Below are positions 10,319 through 20,875 of a stretch of DNA of 41,211 nucleotides, piece by piece. The translations under genes and the position numbers were made by a program. Where the stretch lies: the sequence record DRR378314_581. One strand, 5' to 3'. The notes below the pieces were generated by a model. That model worked only from the letters and a program-made list of their open reading frames with translations, was not told the DNA's origin and ran no database searches. Numbering within the stretch: the first letter of the stretch is position 1; every line of letters starts with the position of its first letter.

Positions 10319-11216
10319 CTGTCAACAATTTTTTGATACGCTTAAAGTCTTCTTCCGAATGAAAGGGTATCACAATTTTTCCTTTTCCGTTTTTTGATGC
10401 GGTAATGTCCACTTTGGTGGCAAGCCGTTCTTTGATGGAATCCAAACTGTTGGAAACAAATTCGGGCACATTTGATGTGCTCTTTTTCTTTTCAGAGCCT
10501 GAACTTTTAGGTTCTTTGTGGTCTTTTACCAATTGTTCGGTAGCTCTTACGGACAAACCCTCGGAAACTACTTTTTCGTAAATGGCGATCTGTTCTCTTT
10601 TCTTATCGATGTTGATGAGTGCCCTGCCGTGTCCCATACTGATGAATCCGTCCCGCATTCCCGTTTGGATAATGGGGTCCAGTTTCAACAAGCGTAAATA
10701 ATTGGTGATGGTGGAACGTTTTTTTCCAACACGGTCACTCAACTTTTCTTGAGTGATTTCAATCTCGTCGATAAGTCGTTGGTAGGAAAGTGCTATTTCG
10801 ATAGGGTCAAGGTCCTGTCTCTGGATGTTCTCCACCAAGGCCATCTCCAAGGACTCTTGGTCGTTGGCAATGCGGATGTAAGCTGGAATGGTCTCCAGTC
10901 CTACCAATTTGGAGGCCCGGAATCTACGCTCACCAGAAACCAATTGGAATTTATTGAAATCGAGTTTCCTGACCGTTATCGGTTGTATAATGCCCAATTC
11001 ACGAATGGAACTGGCCAATTCTTCAAGGTTTTCGTCGTTAAAATTGGAACGAGGCTGAAATGGGTTTACTTCAATGGAATTGATATCCAATTCCACTACA
11101 TTGCCTATAACCTTATCCGCATTTTTATCAGAAACTGATTTAATATCGTTTTCTGGATCATTTAAAAGAGCGGACAGGCCTCTTCCCAGTGCCTGTTTTT
11201 TTGTTGCTTTCGCCAT
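10311..11216 (-). CDS. parB: ParB/Spo0J chromosome partition protein
   Basis: ALGRGLSALL, NPFQPR, GERRFRA, ENIQRQDL, HTH region GKKRSTITNYLRLLKL. Confidence 0.96.
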   Translation of the reverse strand: MAKATKKQALGRGLSALLNDPENDIKSVSDKNADKVIGNVVELDINSIEVNPFQPRSNFNDENLEELASSIRELGIIQPITVRKLDFNKFQLVSGERRFRASKLVGLETIPAYIRIANDQESLEMALVENIQRQDLDPIEIALSYQRLIDEIEITQEKLSDRVGKKRSTITNYLRLLKLDPIIQTGMRDGFISMGHGRALINIDKKREQIAIYEKVVSEGLSVRATEQLVKDHKEPKSSGSEKKKSTSNVPEFVSNSLDSIKERLATKVDITASKNGKGKIVIPFHSEEDFKRIKKLLTGE

Positions 11217-11990
11217 CTAAACTTTCTCCTTGTTTTTCTTCAAAATTTCGTTGGCTAAGTTAAGGTAATTGGAGGCGCCTTTACTACTTGCATCATATTT
11301 TATGATGCTTTCGCCGTAACTTGGAGCTTCGCTCAGCCTAACGTTTCGCTGGATAATGGTATCAAAAACCATATCTGCGAAGTGTTTCTTCACTTCTTCA
11401 ACAACTTGGTTGGAAAGGCGTAACCTGGAATCGTACATAGTCAACAACATTCCTTCGATGTCCAAATCGTTGTTGTGTATTTTTTGCACACTTTTTACGG
11501 TGTTCAATAGTTTGCCAAGACCTTCCAGGGCAAAATACTCACATTGGATGGGTATCATCACTGAATCGGCAGCAGTAAGTGCGTTCAAGGTCAACAATCC
11601 CAAAGAAGGCGCACAGTCTATCAATACAAAATCATACTTGTCGCCCAAATTTTTAAGGGCCTCTTTCATCATGTATTCCCTATTGTCCTTGTCCACCAAT
11701 TCAATCTCGATGGCAACGAGGTCAATGTGTGCTGGTACCAAATCCACATTTGGGGAATCCGTTGGAATGGTCACTTCTTCCACGCTCATGGTGTGTTCCA
11801 AAAGTTGGTATGTACCTTTTTCAATAGAGTCAACATCAACACCCAAACCCGATGTTGCATTGGCCTGGGGGTCGGCGTCAATCAATAACACCTTTTTTTC
11901 CAATACACCTAAGGAGGCTGCAAGGTTTACCGTAGTGGTAGTTTTACCTACACCGCCCTTTTGGTTTGCAATTGCAATAATCTTGCCCAT
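11217..11990 (-). CDS. parA: ParA/Soj ATPase
   Basis: Deviant Walker A NQKGGVGKTTT, DADPQANAT, IDCAPSLG. Confidence 0.96.
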   Translation of the reverse strand: MGKIIAIANQKGGVGKTTTTVNLAASLGVLEKKVLLIDADPQANATSGLGVDVDSIEKGTYQLLEHTMSVEEVTIPTDSPNVDLVPAHIDLVAIEIELVDKDNREYMMKEALKNLGDKYDFVLIDCAPSLGLLTLNALTAADSVMIPIQCEYFALEGLGKLLNTVKSVQKIHNNDLDIEGMLLTMYDSRLRLSNQVVEEVKKHFADMVFDTIIQRNVRLSEAPSYGESIIKYDASSKGASNYLNLANEILKKNKEKV

Positions 11991-12053
11991 TTCATAGTAA
12001 GTTAGGTGCTAAAAATACGATTATTTAGGATGCGATAAAATGTAATTTGTTAA

Positions 12054-12073
12054 CAGGGGGTGAATAACCCCTG
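12054..12073 (-). terminator. Possible terminator hairpin downstream of the mutase large subunit gene
   Basis: CAGGGG-GTGAATAA-CCCCTG stem-loop; U-tract is weak. Confidence 0.35.
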
Positions 12074-12124
12074 CATTCCACGTTAAAGAAAGTTAAAGTT
12101 TTATTTACGTGATTGTTATGTGGG

Positions 12125-14233
12125 TCAGTCCAGCAAAATGTTGAGTATTTCCGTGGCAGCATCTGCAATTTTGGTACCGGGGCCGAAAACCGAGATGGCT
12201 CCGTTGTCCAATAAATGTTTGTAATCTTGCTTCGGAATTACGCCTCCAACGATGACCATAATGTCTTCCCGACCGTATTTTTTCAATTCCTGTACCACTT
12301 CTGGAACCAAGGTTTTATGCCCACCAGCTAGGGAGGAAATACCTAAAATATGGACGTCGTTTTCCACAGCTTGCTTTGCGACTTCGGCCGGTGTTTGGAA
12401 CAAAGGCCCAATATCTACATCAAAACCTAGGTCGGCATAACCAGTGGCTACTACTTTGGCACCACGGTCGTGTCCATCCTGACCCATTTTGGCGACCATA
12501 ATACGAGGTCTACGCCCTTCTTGCTCTGCAAACTTGTCCGCCAATTTGCGGGCATTTTCAAAGCTCTCGTCGTTTTTGATTTCTTTGGAATACACTCCGG
12601 TAAAGGATTGAATTTTTGCTCTATATCGTCCAAAGGCACTTTCCATGGCATCACTGATTTCACCAAGGGTAGCACGCTTTTTGGCCGCTTCTACTGCTAA
12701 AGCTAACAAATTTCCACGGTCAGAGTTATTTTCCATAGCTTTTTTGGAAGTAACTCGGATGTCTTCAAGTACTTTTTCCACAGCTTTGGAATCCCTAGTG
12801 CTTCGGATTTCGTCAAGGCGAGCCATTTGTTGCTTGCGAACCTTGGCATTGTCCACTTCCAGAATCTGAAGGTCGTCCTCGTTCTCCAGCCTATATTTGT
12901 TTACTCCAACGATAATATCCTGGCCACTATCTATGCGGGCTTGTTTCTTGGCAGCCGCTTCTTCAATGCGCATTTTTGGGATGCCTTTTTCAATGGCCTT
13001 GGTCATTCCGCCCAATTTTTCTACCTCTTGAATCAATTCCCAAGCATTTTCAGCAATTTCATGGGTCAATTGTTCCACTTGATGACTTCCTGCCCACGGG
13101 TCTACTGTTTTTGTAATATAGGTTTCCTTTTGCAGATAGATTTGTGTGTTCCGCGCAATTCGTGCCGAGAAATCAGTAGGCAAGGCTATGGCTTCGTCCA
13201 AAGCGTTGGTGTGAAGACTTTGCGTGCCTCCAAATACTGCCGCCATAGCCTCAATGGTAGTTCTGGCCACATTGTTGAAAGGGTCTTGTTCCGTCAAGCT
13301 CCATCCGCTGGTTTGGCTGTGGGTACGGAGCATCGATGATTTTGGGTTGGATGGATTGAATTGATCTACCAATTTGGCCCATAGCATTCTTCCCGCACGC
13401 ATTTTTGCAATCTCCGCAAAATGGTTCATTCCAATCCCCCAGAAAAATGAAAGTCTTGGCGCAAATTCATCAATTTTAAGCCCTGCTTTTATTCCAGTTC
13501 GGATGTACTCAATGCCATCGGCCAACGTATAGGCCAATTCCATGGATGCAGGGGCTCCTGCTTCGTGCATATGGTATCCAGAAATACTGATGCTGTTAAA
13601 GCGCGGCATATTTTTACTGGTGAACTCAAAAATGTCCGCAACAATTTGCATGGACGGAGTGGGAGGGTAGATATAGGTGTTCCGCACCATAAATTCCTTC
13701 AAAATATCGTTTTGAATGGTTCCTGAAAGTTGGTCCATGGAAACACCCTGTTCAAGACCTGCCACAATATAAAAGGCCATGATTGGAATTACGGCACCGT
13801 TCATGGTCATGGAAACGGACATTTTGTCCAAAGGAATACCATTGAACAGGATTTTCATGTCCTCAACGGAATCTATAGCAACTCCTGCCTTGCCCACATC
13901 CCCGACTACGCGGTCGTTGTCCGAGTCGTAACCACGGTGGGTGGGGAGGTCAAATGCTACGGAAAGCCCTTTCTGTCCCGCTTCCAAGTTTCGTCGGTAA
14001 AACGCATTGCTTTCCTCAGCAGTGGAAAAACCTGCGTATTGACGTATGGTCCAAGGCCTGCTAACGTACATGGTGGAGTAGGGGCCACGAAGAAATGGGG
14101 AAATACCCGCGGCAAAGTTGGCGTGGCTATAGTTATGAGTTATGGGTTTTGAGTTATGAGTTTCATTCAACTCTGAACTCTGAACTCCTAACTTTGAACT
14201 TAATTCCAAATGTTGAAGGTCTTTTCTACTCAT
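12125..14233 (-). CDS. scpA: Methylmalonyl-CoA mutase, catalytic B12-binding subunit
   Basis: [28 protein letters not shown], cobalamin motif [10 protein letters not shown]. Confidence 0.96.
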   Translation of the reverse strand: MSRKDLQHLELSSKLGVQSSELNETHNSKPITHNYSHANFAAGISPFLRGPYSTMYVSRPWTIRQYAGFSTAEESNAFYRRNLEAGQKGLSVAFDLPTHRGYDSDNDRVVGDVGKAGVAIDSVEDMKILFNGIPLDKMSVSMTMNGAVIPIMAFYIVAGLEQGVSMDQLSGTIQNDILKEFMVRNTYIYPPTPSMQIVADIFEFTSKNMPRFNSISISGYHMHEAGAPASMELAYTLADGIEYIRTGIKAGLKIDEFAPRLSFFWGIGMNHFAEIAKMRAGRMLWAKLVDQFNPSNPKSSMLRTHSQTSGWSLTEQDPFNNVARTTIEAMAAVFGGTQSLHTNALDEAIALPTDFSARIARNTQIYLQKETYITKTVDPWAGSHQVEQLTHEIAENAWELIQEVEKLGGMTKAIEKGIPKMRIEEAAAKKQARIDSGQDIIVGVNKYRLENEDDLQILEVDNAKVRKQQMARLDEIRSTRDSKAVEKVLEDIRVTSKKAMENNSDRGNLLALAVEAAKKRATLGEISDAMESAFGRYRAKIQSFTGVYSKEIKNDESFENARKLADKFAEQEGRRPRIMVAKMGQDGHDRGAKVVATGYADLGFDVDIGPLFQTPAEVAKQAVENDVHILGISSLAGGHKTLVPEVVQELKKYGREDIMVIVGGVIPKQDYKHLLDNGAISVFGPGTKIADAATEILNILLD
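14131..14203. repeat. Two inversely oriented heptamer tandem arrays inside the scpA 5' end
   Basis: AGTTATG AGTTATG GGTTTTG AGTTATG AGTT / TCATTC spacer / AACTCTG AACTCTG AACTCCT AACTTTG AACTTAA. Confidence 0.85.
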
Positions 14234-15611
14234 CGTTCAATCTTTTTTGTTCGGATGCTTCGGCCAATCTTTTTTCGATTATCGGCTCAATGATTGTTTT
14301 CCGCGCTTTGGTTTTTACAAAGGGGTAGAGTTCCAGATTATCCTTCATCCTATCTTGTGGATTCTGATATTTGTTGGTTCCTAGTGAAACTATCTTGCCT
14401 TCATCAAAAAGTTGTTGTTCCTTTTCAGCGCTTTCCTTTATTTTTCGTTGAACCATCCCTTTTTTTAAACTGTCCAGAAAACCCCCTGCTTTTTCAATCT
14501 GCTTAAAAAGCACCAAGGCTTTTTCCGCGAGTTGATTTGTGAGTGATTCAATATAATAAGTGCCATTAGCAAATTGTGAAGCTTCGATAAAGTAGCCTTC
14601 TTCTTTTAAAAGCAATAGTTGATTGCGTGCAATACGCTCACCAAATTCGTTGTCTTTATGGTAAATGGCATCGTAAGCCAAATTGCAAACGGTGTCTGCT
14701 CCACCCAAAACTGCCGACATACATTCGGAGGTGGTGCGGAGCATATTCACATTATAGTCGTACAGTGTTTTGTTTCGTTTTGAGGGCACGGCCAAAATTG
14801 TACAATTACTTTTGATTCCATATTCCGCTGCCAGACTTTTCCATAACCATCGCAGCGCTTTGATTTTGGCTATTTCAAAGAAATAGTTGCTTCCCACGGC
14901 TACTTTAAAGGCGATGGGAAAAGACTTCTCGACTGCGCTCGAAGTGATAAGATGGTTGAGATATTCATTGGCATGCGCCAAACCATAGGCCAATTGTTGC
15001 ACCATATTGGCTCCTGAATTTTGATAAAGGGACAGGTCAACTCCAATAATTGATATGTCCAAAGTGCCCAATGAAACCAATTCGGTCAATATCTCATGGT
15101 CCTTTTTCAAATCATGGTACCAGTTGCCATCTTTTGCCAAGTGACCAATAATGTCAATATTCAAATGGGCTTTTGCTTTTTTGTCTTTGAGAAGGGATAC
15201 CAATTTTTTGATGGGTTCCAAGGCCAAAAACTCAAAATCGAAGTAGAGTTCCAGTCCTTCCAGATTGATACCCTCGAACAATGCTTCAAAATCGGTTTCC
15301 TCATTCGGAATGGTGAAAATCAAGCTTTCTGCGCCTTTTTCCAAGATTTCGAAGGCTTTCGCATTGGCTTTTTGAGTATCACCGACATAAATGGATTGAC
15401 CTACCGACCAATTGTGGTCTTTGGGCAAGGAATAAGTTGGAATGTTCTTTAGGTCTTCTTGATGGTAAAAGGGTTTAACATTGATGCCTTCCAAAGATTC
15501 CCAAACCAAGGTTTCGTTGTAATCGGCACCTTTGAGGTCCATTTGAATTTTTTGTTTCCATTGTTTAGCGGAAACTTCAGGAAACTCTTGAAATAGGTTG
15601 GTATTATTCAT
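14226..15611 (-). CDS. mutA: Methylmalonyl-CoA mutase small (non-catalytic) subunit
   Basis: [48 protein letters not shown]; overlaps the scpA start. Confidence 0.9.
   Translation of the reverse strand: MNNTNLFQEFPEVSAKQWKQKIQMDLKGADYNETLVWESLEGINVKPFYHQEDLKNIPTYSLPKDHNWSVGQSIYVGDTQKANAKAFEILEKGAESLIFTIPNEETDFEALFEGINLEGLELYFDFEFLALEPIKKLVSLLKDKKAKAHLNIDIIGHLAKDGNWYHDLKKDHEILTELVSLGTLDISIIGVDLSLYQNSGANMVQQLAYGLAHANEYLNHLITSSAVEKSFPIAFKVAVGSNYFFEIAKIKALRWLWKSLAAEYGIKSNCTILAVPSKRNKTLYDYNVNMLRTTSECMSAVLGGADTVCNLAYDAIYHKDNEFGERIARNQLLLLKEEGYFIEASQFANGTYYIESLTNQLAEKALVLFKQIEKAGGFLDSLKKGMVQRKIKESAEKEQQLFDEGKIVSLGTNKYQNPQDRMKDNLELYPFVKTKARKTIIEPIIEKRLAEASEQKRLNDE
14925..14949 (-). repeat. REP-like palindrome inside the mutA coding sequence
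   Basis: CTTCTCGACTGCGCTCGAAGTGATA; 14927-14942 is identical (16/16) to 20878-20893. Confidence 0.8.
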
Positions 15612-15936
15612 CTTGTTTGTTCTTTAGGCTATCTTCATATTCAATCAGGAATATTTCTTCATTGTCCTTTTTCATATAATATTTTTCGCGGGCCAGCTTT
15701 TCCAGCTCCCTTTCATCGGACATTTTTTCCAAGATTTCCTTGTCCTTTGCAATCTCACTTTTAAGGAACTCTTTTTCCTTTTCCAACTTATCTATTTCAT
15801 TTTCCAACTCCAAATGAATCATTAGGGAGTTCGTGTCAAAAAACGCCATCCAAATCACAAAAATGGTCAGCACCAAAATATAGGTGTTGGTCATAATCTT
15901 GAACCATTTCTTTTTTCTTAACTCCTTAAGACCCAT
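15604..15936 (-). CDS. ftsB: FtsB/DivIC septum formation initiator family protein
   Basis: Start reassigned to the ATG at 15936 (MGLKELRKK...), 1 nt after the udk stop; TM helix, coiled coil, LEKLAREKYYMKKDNE. Confidence 0.85.
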   Translation of the reverse strand: MGLKELRKKKWFKIMTNTYILVLTIFVIWMAFFDTNSLMIHLELENEIDKLEKEKEFLKSEIAKDKEILEKMSDERELEKLAREKYYMKKDNEEIFLIEYEDSLKNKQDE

Positions 15937-15937
15937 T

Positions 15938-16546
15938 TTATGTAAGATTGTTGTTGATAATGGTTCGGACAACATCGACGGCAACCGTATTGTATCGATT
16001 GTTTGGTATAATGATGTCCGCAAACTCCTTCGAAGGCTCAATAAATTGAAGGTGCATTGGTTTTACCGCGGTTTGGTACCTTGTGAGTACCTTGTCCAAA
16101 TCGTGACCACGCTCCTTGGTATCCCGCTGCAACCTTCTTATCAAACGTTCGTCCGAATCGGCATGTACAAATATTTTTATATCGAACATATCCCTCAATT
16201 TAGGATTGCTCAGCACCAAAATTCCCTCCACTATCATCACCTTTCGGGGTGGCGTGGGAATGGTTTCCTTCATCCGTGTTTCCTCTACAAAGGAATAAAT
16301 AGGAGTGTCCACGGTCTTTCCTTCCCTTAACTGGTCAATATGCTCAATCAATAGATTGAAGTCAATGGAATTGGGGTGGTCAAAATTAATTTTCGTCCTT
16401 TCTTCACGGCTCATGTGGGAAAGATCGTTATAGTAGGAATCCTGCGAGATTACACCAACCTCGTCTTTAGGCAATTGCTCAACAATTTGGTTTACTACCG
16501 TTGTTTTTCCGCACCCTGTGCCTCCGGCAATCCCTAGAATCAACAT
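15938..16546 (-). CDS. udk: Uridine kinase
   Basis: GIAGGTGCGKTT, SQDSYY, NFDHP, IVEGIL, RLIRRLQRD. Confidence 0.95.
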   Translation of the reverse strand: MLILGIAGGTGCGKTTVVNQIVEQLPKDEVGVISQDSYYNDLSHMSREERTKINFDHPNSIDFNLLIEHIDQLREGKTVDTPIYSFVEETRMKETIPTPPRKVMIVEGILVLSNPKLRDMFDIKIFVHADSDERLIRRLQRDTKERGHDLDKVLTRYQTAVKPMHLQFIEPSKEFADIIIPNNRYNTVAVDVVRTIINNNLT

Positions 16547-16563
16547 AGTTCAAAATTTGTCTT

Positions 16564-16571
16564 CAAAAATA
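16564..16571 (-). promoter_or_regulatory. -7 promoter element for udk-ftsB-mutA-scpA
   Basis: CAAAAATA on + reads TATTTTTG on -, 17 nt before the udk ATG. Confidence 0.5.
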
Positions 16572-16724
16572 AACAAATGATTATATCTAGTGCATTGTTA
16601 TGATACAACATAATTAGTAATCATCTACCAAATAATGAATGATCGATGTCATAATTTTTACCAGTTTAAGGGTTTAGCTTTGTGTTATTTTAATGCAATA
16701 CCCTTATATTTATCAAGCTAACCA

Positions 16725-17225
16725 ATGGAAAATTTTTATATGAATGAATCTTATTCGGTCAAGGTTGGCGATGGCTTTGACTTTAAACTTTCCAAGGACA
16801 CTATTTCTTCGTTGGATTTGATTAAAACGGGTACTGATGCCTATCATTTTTTAAAGGATGGTGCATCGTACCATGTAAAGATTTTGGATTCCGACTTTAA
16901 TAAAGGAACCTACACCGTAAGTATTAACGGGAGTGAGTACCAAGCCTTGATTCAGACCCCATTGGATGAGCTTATCCAAAAAATGGGCTTTGCCACCAAT
17001 GGCGGAAAAAATATAGACTCTATCACTGCACCTATGCCGGGATTGATTTTGGATATTTTGGTGGAGGAAGGACAAGAAGTCAATGAGGAAGACCAATTAC
17101 TTATCCTGGAAGCCATGAAGATGGAGAACATTATAACTTCCCCAAGAAACGGTGTAATCAAAAAGATAGGTGTATCGAAAGGTGATGCCGTTGACAAGAA
17201 ACAATTGTTGATTGAATTTCAATAG
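16725..17225 (+). CDS. Biotin carboxyl carrier subunit of an acyl-CoA (probably propionyl-CoA) carboxylase
   Basis: APMPG and the biotinylation motif EAMKMEN; start may be the ATG at 16740. Confidence 0.9.
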   Translation: MENFYMNESYSVKVGDGFDFKLSKDTISSLDLIKTGTDAYHFLKDGASYHVKILDSDFNKGTYTVSINGSEYQALIQTPLDELIQKMGFATNGGKNIDSITAPMPGLILDILVEEGQEVNEEDQLLILEAMKMENIITSPRNGVIKKIGVSKGDAVDKKQLLIEFQ

Positions 17226-17231
17226 AACACC

Positions 17232-18674
17232 ATGAAAAAAATATTGATCGCCAATCGAGGCGAAATTGCGGTCAGGGTCATAAAGACCGTAAAAAAGATG
17301 GGTATTAAGACCGTGGCCGTTTATTCGGAAGCGGACAGGAATGCCCCCCATGTGCAATTAGCTGACGAAGCGGTTTGTATTGGCGAAGCGCCTTCCAATA
17401 AATCATATTTGCGAGGGGACAAAATTATTGAGGTGGCCAAAAAACTCCATGTTGACGGAATTCATCCAGGTTATGGGTTTTTGAGTGAAAACGCGGACTT
17501 TGCGGAAGCTGTCGAAAAAAGTGGTATCACATTTATTGGTCCAAAATCCAAGGCCATTCGGATCATGGGGAGCAAGTTGGCAGCCAAAGAAGCTGTGAAA
17601 GCCTACGATATTCCTATGGTGCCCGGTATTGATGAAGCTATTTCCGATGTGGCCAAGGCCCATGAAATTGCCAATGAAGTCGGTTATCCTGTTTTGATAA
17701 AGGCTTCTGCTGGTGGTGGCGGTAAGGGAATGCGAATCGTGGAAAAAGAAGGAGATTTGGAATCCGGAATGAAGCGCGCCATCAGCGAAGCTACTTCTGC
17801 TTTTGGTGATGGTTCTGTTTTTGTGGAAAAATATGTAACATCACCTAGGCACATCGAGGTGCAGGTAATGGCCGATATGCACGGTAATGTGCTACATTTC
17901 TTTGAGAGGGAATGCAGCGTGCAAAGGCGTCACCAAAAAGTGGTGGAAGAGGCTCCTTCATCGATTTTGACGCCCGAATTGCGTGAAGAAATGGGTGTCG
18001 CAGCCTGCAAAGTGGCCAAATCTTGTGATTATGTTGGCGCTGGTACCGTCGAGTTTTTGATGGATGCCGACCTCAATTTCTATTTTTTGGAAATGAACAC
18101 CCGTCTCCAAGTAGAGCACCCTGTTACCGAATTGATTACGGGTGTAGATTTGGTAGAATTGCAGATAAAGGTGGCCCGCGGAGAAGAACTTCCCATGAAA
18201 CAGGAAGATCTTACAATTAATGGTCATGCCGTTGAGCTTCGGGTGTATGCCGAAGACCCGCTGAACGATTTCTTGCCTAGTGTGGGCAACTTGGAAACCT
18301 ATCAATTGCCTGTCGGAGATGGAATTCGTGTGGACAACGGCTTTAAGGAAGGAATGGATATCCCCATTTACTATGATCCCATGCTGTCCAAGTTGATTAC
18401 CTATGGTAAAACCCGCGAGGAGGCCATAGAGCTAATGCTTGATGCCATTCAAAATTATAAAGTAAAAGGAGTGCAGACCACCTTGCCTTTTGGAAGTTTT
18501 GTGTTTGCCCATGAAGCGTTCCGATCTGGGAATTTTGACACCCACTTTGTGAAGAATTATTATTCTCCGGAAAAAATCAAGGAGCAAACGGCCAACGGAG
18601 CAGAAGTTGCAGCAATGATTGCCCTTTATCAATTTCTGGAAGACAAAAAAATAGTACGATTACCTTCAAACTGA
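17232..18674 (+). CDS. accC: Biotin carboxylase subunit
   Basis: [49 protein letters not shown]. Confidence 0.93.
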   Translation: MKKILIANRGEIAVRVIKTVKKMGIKTVAVYSEADRNAPHVQLADEAVCIGEAPSNKSYLRGDKIIEVAKKLHVDGIHPGYGFLSENADFAEAVEKSGITFIGPKSKAIRIMGSKLAAKEAVKAYDIPMVPGIDEAISDVAKAHEIANEVGYPVLIKASAGGGGKGMRIVEKEGDLESGMKRAISEATSAFGDGSVFVEKYVTSPRHIEVQVMADMHGNVLHFFERECSVQRRHQKVVEEAPSSILTPELREEMGVAACKVAKSCDYVGAGTVEFLMDADLNFYFLEMNTRLQVEHPVTELITGVDLVELQIKVARGEELPMKQEDLTINGHAVELRVYAEDPLNDFLPSVGNLETYQLPVGDGIRVDNGFKEGMDIPIYYDPMLSKLITYGKTREEAIELMLDAIQNYKVKGVQTTLPFGSFVFAHEAFRSGNFDTHFVKNYYSPEKIKEQTANGAEVAAMIALYQFLEDKKIVRLPSN

Positions 18675-18679
18675 ATCCT

Positions 18680-20221
18680 ATGGATCCCAAAATAAAAGCA
18701 CTACAGGAAAAAATTGCTCAAGCCCACTTGGGTGGAGGCGAAAAACGTATTGAAAAGCAACATCAAAAGAAAAAGTTGACTGCTCGCGAAAGGGTACTTT
18801 ACTTTTTGGACGAAGGTTCGTTTGAGGAAATGGGCATTTTGGTGACCCACCGCACCACCGATTTTGGTATGGACAAAGAAATGTATTATGGCGATGGTGT
18901 GGTAACAGGCTATGGAACCGTAAATGGAAGATTGGTATATGTGTATGCGCAGGATTTTACGGTTTTCGGGGGAGCACTTTCCGAAACCCATGCCGAAAAA
19001 ATCTGTAAGGTGATGGATTTGGCCATGAAGGTAGGTGCGCCTGTAATAGGTCTTAACGATTCTGGGGGTGCCCGAATTCAAGAGGGAGTGAAATCTTTGG
19101 GTGGATATGCCGATATTTTTTACCGCAATGTGCAGGCTTCGGGGGTTATACCTCAAATTTCGGCCATTATGGGACCTTGTGCAGGGGGAGCGGTGTATTC
19201 TCCGGCGATGACAGATTTCATTATAATGGTGGAAGAAACCAGCTATATGTTTGTTACGGGACCGAATGTGGTGAAAACCGTGACCAACGAAACAGTTACT
19301 TCGGAAGAGTTGGGAGGTGCAAGTACCCATGCTGTAAAATCTGGGGTTGCCCATAAAACTTCTGCCAATGATGCCACTTGTTTGGATGATATTCGAAACT
19401 TGTTGGACTATCTGCCCCAAAACAATAAGGAAACAACACCGGTGTTGCCTTATGAACTTGGAGATGAGACGCGGGATGAATTGTCTGGCATTGTTCCTGA
19501 CAATCCCAACAAGCCTTACGATATGCACGATGTGATCAATGGTATTATTGATGGCGATTCGTTTTATGAAATCCATAAAGATTATGCTGAAAACATTATA
19601 ACTGGTTTTGCCAGATTGGGCGGGCGAAGTGTTGGGATAATTGCCAACCAGCCTATGTTCTTGGCAGGGGTGTTGGGCGTAAAAAGTTCCCGAAAGGCTG
19701 CTCGATTTACCCGTTTTTGTGATTCTTTTAATATTCCATTATTGGTTTTGGTGGATGTGCCAGGGTTTTTGCCCGGAACAGACCAAGAATGGAGCGGGAT
19801 TATTATGCACGGAGCAAAATTACTCTACGCTTTGAGTGAAGCCACTGTACCACGCGTTACCGTGATTACCCGTAAAGCGTATGGCGGTGCCTACGATGTG
19901 ATGAATTCCAAGCATATAGGTGCCGACTTTAATTTTGCTTGGCCAAGTGCTGAAATCGCAGTGATGGGGGCGAAGGGTGCCAGTGAAATTATTTTTAGAA
20001 AGGAGATTGCTGCTGCTGATGACCCCGAAGCTAAATTAAAAGAGAAAGAAAACGAATATGCCGATAAGTTTGCCAATCCTTACCGTGCTGCCAAACGTGG
20101 ATTTATCGATGAGGTGATTCTACCCAAAGATACCCGCAGCAAACTATTGAAGACTTTTGCCATGCTGGAGAAGAAAGCCGTGCAAACCCCTTGGAAGAAG
20201 CATGGGAATATTCCGTTGTAA
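18680..20221 (+). CDS. pccB: Acyl-CoA (propionyl-CoA) carboxylase carboxyltransferase beta subunit
   Basis: [37 protein letters not shown]-terminal KKHGNIPL. Confidence 0.93.
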   Translation: MDPKIKALQEKIAQAHLGGGEKRIEKQHQKKKLTARERVLYFLDEGSFEEMGILVTHRTTDFGMDKEMYYGDGVVTGYGTVNGRLVYVYAQDFTVFGGALSETHAEKICKVMDLAMKVGAPVIGLNDSGGARIQEGVKSLGGYADIFYRNVQASGVIPQISAIMGPCAGGAVYSPAMTDFIIMVEETSYMFVTGPNVVKTVTNETVTSEELGGASTHAVKSGVAHKTSANDATCLDDIRNLLDYLPQNNKETTPVLPYELGDETRDELSGIVPDNPNKPYDMHDVINGIIDGDSFYEIHKDYAENIITGFARLGGRSVGIIANQPMFLAGVLGVKSSRKAARFTRFCDSFNIPLLVLVDVPGFLPGTDQEWSGIIMHGAKLLYALSEATVPRVTVITRKAYGGAYDVMNSKHIGADFNFAWPSAEIAVMGAKGASEIIFRKEIAAADDPEAKLKEKENEYADKFANPYRAAKRGFIDEVILPKDTRSKLLKTFAMLEKKAVQTPWKKHGNIPL

Positions 20222-20422
20222 ATTAAGGTTGAAAGGTTATGGGTTAAAGGAAAAAGACTTGAAACGAATTGCACAAAAAGTTCAAGCTCAAATATCAAGT
20301 TCAAGCATTAAACTCCAATAACAAAGTAACCGATTGACACAATAACACATCAACTCCACTAATATTTGAAAATAACCTAGTCCCGTTTTTGTCAGTTCGA
20401 AATGAAACATTGGTTTATTAGT

Positions 20423-20449
20423 TGTCATTCTGAGCGCAGCGAAGAATCT
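20423..20449 (+). repeat. REP-like palindrome, variant copy
   Basis: TGTCATTCTGAGCGCAGCGAAGAATCT: TGTCA tag, ATTCT/AGAAT stem, GAGCGCAG core; a truncated head TGTCAGTTCGA lies at 20390-20400. Confidence 0.7.
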
Positions 20450-20486
20450 GTGCAAAGGTTGAATAGTTAAATGGTAAAGTGTTTGA

Positions 20487-20511
20487 CACGAATTCCACGA
20501 ATTTTCACAAA
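20487..20511 (+). repeat. Short ~9-bp tandem repeat
   Basis: CACGAATTC CACGAATTT TCACAAA. Confidence 0.6.
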
Positions 20512-20536
20512 AACCTAAATCTGAACTAGTTCTGAA

Positions 20537-20562
20537 ATGTCAGGTCGAGCGCAGTCGAGACC
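20537..20562 (+). repeat. REP-like palindrome, left arm of a perfect 26-bp inverted repeat
   Basis: ATGTCAGGTCGAGCGCAGTCGAGACC; exact reverse complement of 20876-20901. Confidence 0.92.
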
Positions 20563-20866
20563 TCAATCTTGGTTTGGATTAAACTTATGGTGTGAAGCAT
20601 TTCTGCACTCCGATAATATTTGCAACAGGTCCATATCGCCCGCAGCAAGAGCAAACTTCTTTTTGGCGCTCCATTTCTTTATTCTCTTTTCAAAACTGAT
20701 GGCTTGCAAAACATCATTGAATTCTTATTGAAAGATAAGCTGAACAGGTCTTCTTCGATAGGTGAAAGCCATTTTGTTCGTTCCGTTTTGATGTTCGGCG
20801 AACCTACGGTCCATATTATCTGTAATTCCCGTGTAGGTTAATCCGTCAGTGCATTTATAGTTTCAT
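20563..20866 (-). pseudogene. GIY-YIG nuclease (UPF0213/YhbQ-like) pseudogene
   Basis: Manual translation: MKL / frameshift / KCTDGLTYTGITDNMDRRFAEHQNGTNKMAFTYRRRPVQLIFQ*EFNDVLQAISFEKRIKKWSAKKKFALAAGDMDLLQILSECRNASHHKFNPNQD*. Shows YTG.T, RR..EH, T...RP and A...E..IK hallmarks. The first (YVYIL-type) strand is lost with a frameshift, and there is an in-frame TAA at 20725-20727. Confidence 0.88.
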
Positions 20867-20875
20867 GATTTGGTG

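Noticed and set aside
11356-11997. 213-aa plus-strand ORF
   Set aside because: Antisense shadow of parA with no recognisable motifs
12074-12089. parS-like sequence CATTCCACGTTAAAGA upstream of parA
   Set aside because: Only about 12/16 match to TGTTTCACGTGAAACA and the outer palindrome is broken; not supportable
15937-16041. N-terminal extension of the ftsB ORF in the ORF track (145 aa)
   Set aside because: Overlaps the udk 3' end; the ATG at 15936 gives a typical 110-aa protein
18701-19576. 291-aa minus-strand ORF
   Set aside because: Antisense shadow of pccB; composition typical of reverse-frame translation
20537-20841. Plus-strand ORFs 20537-20731 and 20620-20841
   Set aside because: Antisense to the GIY-YIG pseudogene; the first simply begins inside the REP
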